Shown piece by piece: positions 63,510-64,000 of a DNA stretch of 64,000 nt. The notes under the pieces are model-generated. The model did no database searches. It had not been told where the DNA came from and saw only the letters and a list, made by a program, of their open reading frames with translations. A program made the position numbers and the translations under genes. Position 1 is the stretch's first letter; the number at the start of each line of letters is the position of its first letter. The DNA comes from Chiloscyllium plagiosum (taxonomy: Eukaryota): the NCBI RefSeq assembly GCF_004010195.1, contig NC_057721.1, positions 24,635,821 to 24,699,820 on the forward strand. The letters run 5' to 3'.

Positions 63510-64000
63510 CGAGTCATAGGGTCACAGCATGGAACAGACACTTGCCAACCAGTCCATACTGACCATAATCCCAAATTAAACACCTGCTTGCTCCTGTCCG
63601 ATATCCTCCAAACCGTTCCTATTCATGTATCTATACAAATATCTTTTAAACATTGAATTGTGCCCACATCCTCAGGCTATTCATTCCACATGCGAACTAC
63701 CCTCTGTGTAAAAAAAATTTGCCCCTCATGTCTTTTTTAAATCTGTCTCCTCACATCTTGTAATCTCCTGTCCTGGGGAAAAGACACCTACCATTAACCC
63801 TCATGATTTTATAAACCTCAATAAGGTCACCTCTCAACCTCCTACACCCCAGTGAAAAAAGTCCCATCCTATCAAGTCTTTCTTTATAACTGAAAATTTC
63901 CATGCTGGCAACATCCTGGTAAATCTTTTTTCAACCCTCCCCAGCTTAATAATATCTTTCCTATAACTGGGCAATTCGAACTGGATGCAGTATTCCAGAA
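63510..64000 (-). mobile_element. CR1 LINE 3' part, running off the window
   Basis: gagtcatagggtcacagcatggaacagac tail and the reverse complement of the CR1 3' region. Confidence 0.85.

Noticed and set aside
48863-64000. Exon 55 or an internal dystrophin promoter
   Set aside because: No LEKFLAWL.EAETTANVL-like peptide was seen; the known Dp116 promoter lies in intron 55, beyond this window.

Overview
AT-rich vertebrate genomic DNA, most likely a shark or other elasmobranch (inferred from the repeat families). The window lies inside the dystrophin gene on the + strand. Two coding exons are present, 27525-27736 (212 bp) and 48708-48862 (155 bp), matching human DMD exons 53 and 54 in length, phase and peptide. 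Everything else is intron, densely filled with decayed mobile DNA: CR1-clade LINEs, at least three families of Penelope-like element (PLE) fragments, tRNA-derived SINEs, Gypsy LTR and Harbinger fossils, and a 1.8-kb 32-bp VNTR. The most notable signal is in the PLE termini, which carry minimal hammerhead ribozyme (HHR) motifs: CUGANGA, one extra base, stem II, GAA, then a palindromic ACGU or AGCU. They often sit in small fold-back insertions with target-site duplications. One intact-looking HHR lies on the dystrophin pre-mRNA strand inside a 227-bp tandem duplication, next to a mutated partner copy. Almost all ORFs in the track are repeat-derived or spurious. Family names and repeat boundaries were read by eye, without database searches.
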